Below are positions 57,925 to 64,000 of a stretch of 64,000 bases of DNA, one piece after another. Source of the DNA: Squalus acanthias. Lineage: Eukaryota. The notes under the pieces were generated by a model. The model saw nothing but the letters and a program-made list of their open reading frames with translations, made no database searches and was not told the origin of the DNA. Numbering within the stretch: position 1 is the first letter of the stretch; each line of letters begins with the position of its first letter. Made by a program: the position numbers and the translations under genes. The DNA is taken from the NCBI GenBank assembly GCA_030390025.1, contig JASTWF010000324.1:310001-374000 (forward strand), in the 5' to 3' direction.

Positions 57925-58765
57925 AAGAACATAAGAACATAAGAAATAGGAGCAGGAGTAGGCCAATCGGCCCCTCGAGCCTGCTCCGCCATTCAATAAG
58001 ATCATGGCTGATCTGATCCTAACCGCCAATCTACTATCTATCACAGAACCATCTCCTGCATCTAACAGAATTGCACACACGAAATAGGAGCAGAATCAGG
58101 CTACACAGTCCCTGGGCCCGCTCCACTACCCACAGGGCCATGACCGATCCGAACCTAGACTCATGTCCAAATTCCTGCCCGCTCCCCGTAACCCTTAATG
58201 CCCTTTACTTCTAGGAAACTGTCTATTTCTGTTTTAAATTTAATTAATGTTGTAGCTTCTACAGCTTTTTGTGGCAGCATATTCCATGGACCTACCACCC
58301 TCTGAGTGAAGTAGTTCCTCCTCATCTCAGTTTTGAAAGAGCAGCCCCTTATTCTAAGACTATGTCCCCTAGTTCTCGTCTCACCCGTCATCGGGAACAT
58401 CCTCCCCGCATCCACCCGATCCAACCCCTTCACAATCTTATATGTTTCAATAAGATCGCCTCTCATTCTTCTGAACTCCAATGAGTAGAGTCCCAATCTA
58501 CCCAACCTCTCCTCATATGACCACCCCCTCATCCCCGGGATTAACCGAGTGAACCTTTTTTGCACTGCCTCGAGAGCAAGGATGTCTTTCCTTAAGTAAG
58601 GACACCAAAACTGTATGCAGTATTCCAGGTGCGGTCTCACCAATACCTTGTACAACTGAAGCAATACCTCCCTATTTTTATATTCTATCCCCCTTCCATT
58701 TGCCTTCTTAATCACTTGCTGCACCTGCATACTAACCTTTTGAGTTTCGTGCACCAGGACCCCAG
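57925..58765 (-). mobile_element. CR1 3' fragment inserted into the 28-bp minisatellite
   Basis: Tail AAGAACATAAGAACATAAG; 197-aa ORF2 C-terminus (LVRPHLEYCIQFW...RGHSLRIRG). Confidence 0.93.
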
Positions 58766-58884
58766 AGAATAGAGAATAGCAGCCCCTGTGTATATTATAG
58801 AGAATATCAGCCCCTGTGTATATTATAGAGAATAGCTGCCCCTGTATATATTATAGTAAATAGCTTCCCCTGTGTATATTATAG
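58766..58884. repeat. 28-bp minisatellite, ~4 copies (right part)
   Basis: Same unit resumes after the CR1. Confidence 0.9.
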
Positions 58885-59164
58885 TGGTGTGCGCTCTCGA
58901 GTTATTTACTGACGCATGGGGTTGAAGGTTGTCTTAGCGGTGTCAGCTGATCTCAGCCTTGGCACTAGTTAGGGTTTCTCCAAGCTAAGGATGGGAAAAA
59001 TCAACCAGGGCTCCCACTCCTGTCCTCTACCATGTGGTTGAACTGATAGTGTTCCTCTCTCTGAGCCCTAACGATTTGGTTTCAAGTCCCAGTCCAGGAA
59101 CTGAGCTCATAGGTAGACACTCTAGTGCAGTATCCTAGTTGCTGGGTCAAAATTCTGGAACTTT

Positions 59165-60340
59165 AACATTGTAAAATATCCGAAGGCGCTTCACAGGACT
59201 GTTATCAATCACAATCTGACACAGAACTATAGAGCGTCAAGGAGATATTAGGACAGGTGACCAAAAGCTTGGTCAAAGAGGCAGGGTTTAAGGAGTGTCT
59301 TAAAGGAGGAGAGAGAGGTTTAGGGAGGGAATTCCAGAGCTTAGGGCCCAGGCACGGCCACCAATGGTGGAGCGATGGAAATCGGGAATCCACAAGAGGC
59401 CAGAATTAGAGGAGCGCAGATGTCTCGGGGGGTTGTGGGGCTGGAGGAGGTTACAGAGATAGGGAGGGGCGAGGCCATGGAGGGATTTGAAAATAAGGAT
59501 GAGAATTTTAAACTTGAGGCGTTTCTTAACCGGGAGCCAATGTAGGTCAGTGAGCACAGGGGTGATGGGTGAACGGGACTTGGTGCGAGTTAGGGCACGG
59601 TCAGCCGAGTTTTGGATGAGCTCAAGCTTACGTAGGGTAGAATGTGGGAGGCCGGCCAGGACTGCGATGGAATAGTCAAGTCTAGAAGTAAGAAAGGCAT
59701 GGATGAGGGTTTCAGCAGCGGATGAGCTGAGGCAAGGGCGGAGACGAGCGATGTTACGGAGGTGGAAGTAGGCGGTCTTTGTTATGCTGTGGATATGTGG
59801 TCGGAAGCTCATTTCAGGGTCAAATATGACGCCAAGGTTGCGAACAGTGTGGTTCAGTCTCAGACAGATGTTAGGGAGAGGGATGGAGTCAGTGACTAGG
59901 GAACAGAGTTTGTGGTGGGGACCGAAATCAATGGCTTCGGTCTCCCCAATATTTAATTGGAGAAAATTTCTGCTCATCCAGTACTGGATGTCGGCTAAAT
60001 AGTCTGACAATTTAGAGATCGTGGAGGGGTCGAGAGAAGTGGTGGTGAGGTAGAGCTGGGTGTCGTCAGCGTACATGTGGAAACTGATGTCGTGTATTCA
60101 GATGATGTCGCCGAGGGGCAAAGGGCAGATGAGAAATAGGAGGGGGCCAAGGATAGATCCTTGGGGGACACCAGAGGTAACGATGTGGGAGCGGGAAGAG
60201 AAGCCATTGCAGGTGATTCTCTGGCTATGGCTGGATCAATAGGAATGGAACCAGGCGAGTGCAGTCCCACCCAGCTGGACGATGGTAGAGAGGTGTTGGA
60301 GGAGGATGGAGTGGTCAACCGTGTCAAAGGCTGCAGACAG
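59165..60340 (-). mobile_element. L2 LINE, 5'-truncated (RT C-terminal half and 3' UTR)
   Basis: MYADDTQLYL, RNLGVIFDPEMSF, LIHAFLTSRLDY, TPVLTDLHWLPV, typical of L2-clade RT. Confidence 0.92.
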
Positions 60341-60344
60341 AGAG

Positions 60345-60595
60345 GACTCTATTGTTAGTGGTGCCAACTCTGAATCGACGCCCCACCTGCCCTCTCAGGT
60401 GGATGTTAAAGATCCCACGGCCACTATTGGAAGATGAGCAAGGAGCTCTCCCAGTGTCCTGGCCAACATTCCTCCCTCAACTAAAAACAGACTCACTGCT
60501 CAGTCACCTGATTTGCTGTTGGGGACTTTGTTTTGCTCTTTAAAAGTAATTTATCCCTTGAAAAGTGCTTTGAGATACAATGAGGTCCTGTATAA
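60345..60595 (+). mobile_element. Degenerate Deu-type SINE core and tail
   Basis: CCTCTCAGGTGGATGTTAAAGATCCCACGGCCACTATTGGAAGATGAGCA...GTGTCCTGGCCAACATT matches the core of 44367-44749. Confidence 0.7.
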
Positions 60596-60609
60596 ATTAT
60601 TGTAGCTTT

Positions 60610-61765
60610 CTGGGGATGTGGACGTCGTTGGCAAGGCCAGCATTTATTGCCCATCCCTAATTGCCCTTGAGAAGGTGGTGGTGAGCCGCCTTCTTGAACC
60701 GCTGCAGTCCATGTGGTGAAGGTGCTCCCACAGTGCTGTTAGGGAGGGAGTTCCAGGATTTTGACCCAGCGACGATGAAGGAACGGCCGATATATTTCTG
60801 AGTCAGGATGGTGTGTGACTTGGAGGGGAACTTGGAGGTGGTGGTGTTCCCATGTGCCTGCTGCCCTTGTCCTTCTAGGTGGTAGAGGTCACAGGTTTGG
60901 GAGGTGCTGCCGAAGAAGCCTTGTAGATGTACACACTGCAGCCACGGTACGCTGGTGGCAGAGGAAGTGGATGTTTAAGGTGGTGGATTGCTTTGTCATG
61001 AATGGTGTCGAGGTCCTTGAGTGTTATTGGAGCTGCACCCCTCCAGGCAAGTGGAGAGCATTTCATCACTGCCTTTTAGGTGGTGGAGATGCATTGGGGG
61101 GTCAGGAAGTGAAACACTTGCCGCAGAATACCCAGCCTCTGACCTGCTCTAGTAGCCATGGCATTTATGTGGCTGGTCTAGTTGAGTTTCTGGTCAATGG
61201 TGACCCCCAGGATGTTGATGGTGGGGGATTCGGCAATGGTAATGCCATTGAATGTCAAGGGGCAGTGGTTAGACTCTCGCTTGTTGGAGATAATCATTGC
61301 CTGGCAATTGTGTGGCATGAATTTTACCTGCTACTTATCAGCCCAAGCCTAAATGTTGTCCAGGTCTTGCTGCATGCGGGCACAGACTGCTTCATTATCT
61401 GAGGAATTGCGAATGGAACTGAACACTGTGCAATCATCAACGAATAGCCCCACTTCTGACCTTATGATGGAGGGAAGGTCTTGGATGAAGCAGCTGAAGA
61501 TGGTTCGGCTAGGTTACTGCCCTGAGGAACTCCTGCAGTGATGTCTTGAGGCTGAGATGATTGGCCTCCATCTTCCTTTGTGCCAAGTATGACTCCAGCC
61601 AGTGGAGAGTTTTTCCCCTGATTCCCATTGACTTCAATTTTACTTGATGTCAAGGGCAGTCACTCTCACCTCACCTCTGGAATTGAGCTCTTTTGTCCAT
61701 GTTTGAACCAAGGCTGTAATGTGGTCTGGAGCCGAGTGGTCCTGGCGGAACCCAAGCTGGGCATC
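60610..61765 (-). mobile_element. Degraded LINE (CR1/L2 group), same family as 50935-51305
   Basis: Shared 3' end; RT motif QDITAGVPQGS near 61540. Confidence 0.85.
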
Positions 61766-62293
61766 GGTTTGCTTGTTTCTTTCTACTTATCTGGGGAGCC
61801 CTGCGTGTGTGTGGGTGTTGGGTGAGGAGAGGATTGGGTTTAGCCTCCTATGAATACACAGCCTGCTGAACTGACTATCTGGACTCTCAGGTTGGGTGGG
61901 GGAATCCAGTGCCCACGGAACTGATGGCACCTTCACCAGCTGAGGGGAAGAGAGTGGGAAAGACAAGGGAACAAAACAACTCAACTCAGGCTGCTGGAGC
62001 CCAGAGATTCATCTCTTCACCACATCGCAATCAGCAAACGCCACTCACTGATCTGAAGGCGAGGCCGAAACCTACAGAAACCGGAGGGAGAGGGAATACA
62101 TCTTACAAATTACTGCAATAAATCTGCATATATCTCTATTAAAATCAGTGATGGGTTATGAGGAAAAGACTGTCATGCCTGTTAAGGTGTATTTGTGTAT
62201 CAGAGGCATGCCTGAGCTTTTAGCTCTGCTCCTTACTGTGTCAAAGCAGGACAGGGGATTGAATTACTTTACTGCAAGACTGAGGTCGAGCTT

Positions 62294-62527
62294 CTGTGTG
62301 TGTGTATCTGTGTGTCTGTGCGTGTGTGTGTGTCTGTGTGTCTGTGTGTGTGAGTGTGTCTGTGTGTCTCTGTGTGTGAGTGTGTCTGTGTGTCTGTGTG
62401 TGTGAGTGTGTGTCTGTGTGTGTGAGTGTGTCTGTGTGTCTGTGTGTGTGTGTGTCTGTGTGTCTGTGTGCTCTGTGTGTGTCTCTGTGTGTTCTGTGTG
62501 TGTGTCTGTCTGTGTGTGTGTGAGTGT
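62294..62527. repeat. Compound (TG)n/(TGTC)n microsatellite
   Basis: Directly visible. Confidence 0.95.
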
Positions 62528-63013
62528 GACTGACTCACTGATACAGATTACAGTGAATACTTTAGGATTAGACTGATGTTAAAACAAGTCACAATGAGCA
62601 GCAGTCTGATGGTAAAATGTTCTTTCTGGTCCTTTAAATCCTCTCCAGCTAACATCAGCTAACTCACAACAGACCAGGGCCACTCCTGAACCTGGCAATA
62701 TATTTACCATCGAGCTACCCAGACACACCTGGGCAGCAGGCTCGGAACACGAGAATCCCTTTCAACACAGCAAGTTGCCGAGTGCATCCTGTGTTGTGGT
62801 GGATTAGTGCTGTGAATCGATGCTGAGGGGAAGCTCACGCACAGAGATTCTGTTGCAAGGTTTCTCAATACTTCAATTATCATTTCACAAAAGGTAGCTG
62901 AACAGTGTGAGGCAGAGTGTCATTGATCGGTCTGCCAGGGGGTCACGAAGTCTCACAGCAGTGTCAGCGTCTCGTAACTGAGGTAAAATACACCAAAACA
63001 ACTTAAAGGCATT

Positions 63014-64000
63014 TACACTGTCCCATCAAACACTCCCAGGGCAGGTACAGCATGGGTTAGATACAGAGTAAAGCTCCCTCTACACTGTCCCATCAAACAC
63101 TCCCAGGGCAGGTACAGCACGGGTTAGATACAGAGTAAAGCTCCCTCTACACTGTCCCATCAAACACTCCCAGGGCAGGTACAGCACGGGTTAGATACAG
63201 AGTAAAGCTCCCTCTACACTGCCCCATCAAACACTCCCAGGGCAGGTACAGCACAGGTTAGATACAGAGTAAAGCTCCCTCTACATTGTCCCATCAAACA
63301 CTCCCAGGCCAGGTACAGCACGGGTTAGATACAGAGTAAAGCTCCCTCTACACTGTCCCATCAAACACTCCCAGGGCAGGTACAGCATGGGTTAGATACA
63401 GAGTAAAGCTCCCTCTACACTGTCCCATCAAACACTCCCAGGGCAGGTACAGCACGGGGTTAGATACAGAGTAAAGCTCCCGCTACACTGTCCCATCAAA
63501 CACTGCCAGGGCAGGTACAGCACGGGTTAGATACAGAGTAAAGCTCCTTCAACACTGTCCCATCAAACACTCCCAGGGCAGGTACAGCATGGGTTAGATA
63601 CAGAGTAAAGCTCCCTCTACACTGCCTCATCAAACACTCCCAGGGCAGGTACAGCACGGGTTAGATACAGAGTAAAGCTCCCTCTACACTGTCCCATCAA
63701 ACACTCCCAGGGCAGGTACAGCACGGGTTAGATACAGAGTAAAGCTCCCTCTACACTGTCCCATCAAACACTCCCAGGACAGGTACAGCACTGCTTAGAT
63801 ACAGAGTAAAGCTCCCTCTACACTGTCCCATCAAACACTCCCAGGGCCGGTACAGCACGGGTTAGATACAGAGTAAAGCTCCCTCTACACTGTCCCATCA
63901 AACACTCCCAGGGCAGGTACAGCACCGGTTAGATACAGAGTAAAGCTCCCTCTATACTGTCCCATCAAACACTCCCAGGGCAGGTACAGCGGGCGTTAGA
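63014..64000. repeat. 67-bp tandem repeat TACACTGTCCCATCAAACACTCCCAGGGCAGGTACAGCACGGGTTAGATACAGAGTAAAGCTCCCTC, ~15 copies, runs off the window
   Basis: Period 67 (63081 to 63148). Confidence 0.97.

Noticed and set aside
62148..62538. Cys/Val- and His/Thr-rich ORFs
   Set aside because: Translations of the (TG)n microsatellite.

Overview
Vertebrate repeat-rich genomic DNA, most likely from a shark or other cartilaginous fish (CR1 LINEs with a zinc-finger/esterase ORF1, L2, tRNA-derived Deu-type SINEs, and a 67-bp tandem repeat I recognise from elasmobranch genomes). No host protein-coding exon could be supported. Bases 1-41550 are a GA-rich 18/20-bp satellite with kb-scale higher-order duplications and a 200-N gap. 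It holds two insertions of one LTR retrovirus-like family on the minus strand: (i) the 3' half of a provirus (9509-15169: orphan coiled-coil/acidic ORF, env, PPT, 1377-bp LTR), cut off by the gap, and (ii) a 1456-bp solo LTR (30104-31559) with a 4-bp AATC target-site duplication. The env (about 783 codons once three lesions are repaired) is not gamma-type. It has the layout of a paramyxovirus/pneumovirus F-like class I fusogen, as described for lokiretroviruses, and carries an apparent immunoglobulin domain in front of the fusion module. This is the most notable feature of the window. The last 22 kb is a mosaic of CR1/L2 LINE fragments (one nearly full-length CR1), SINEs, PIF/Harbinger-type MITEs and four minisatellites.
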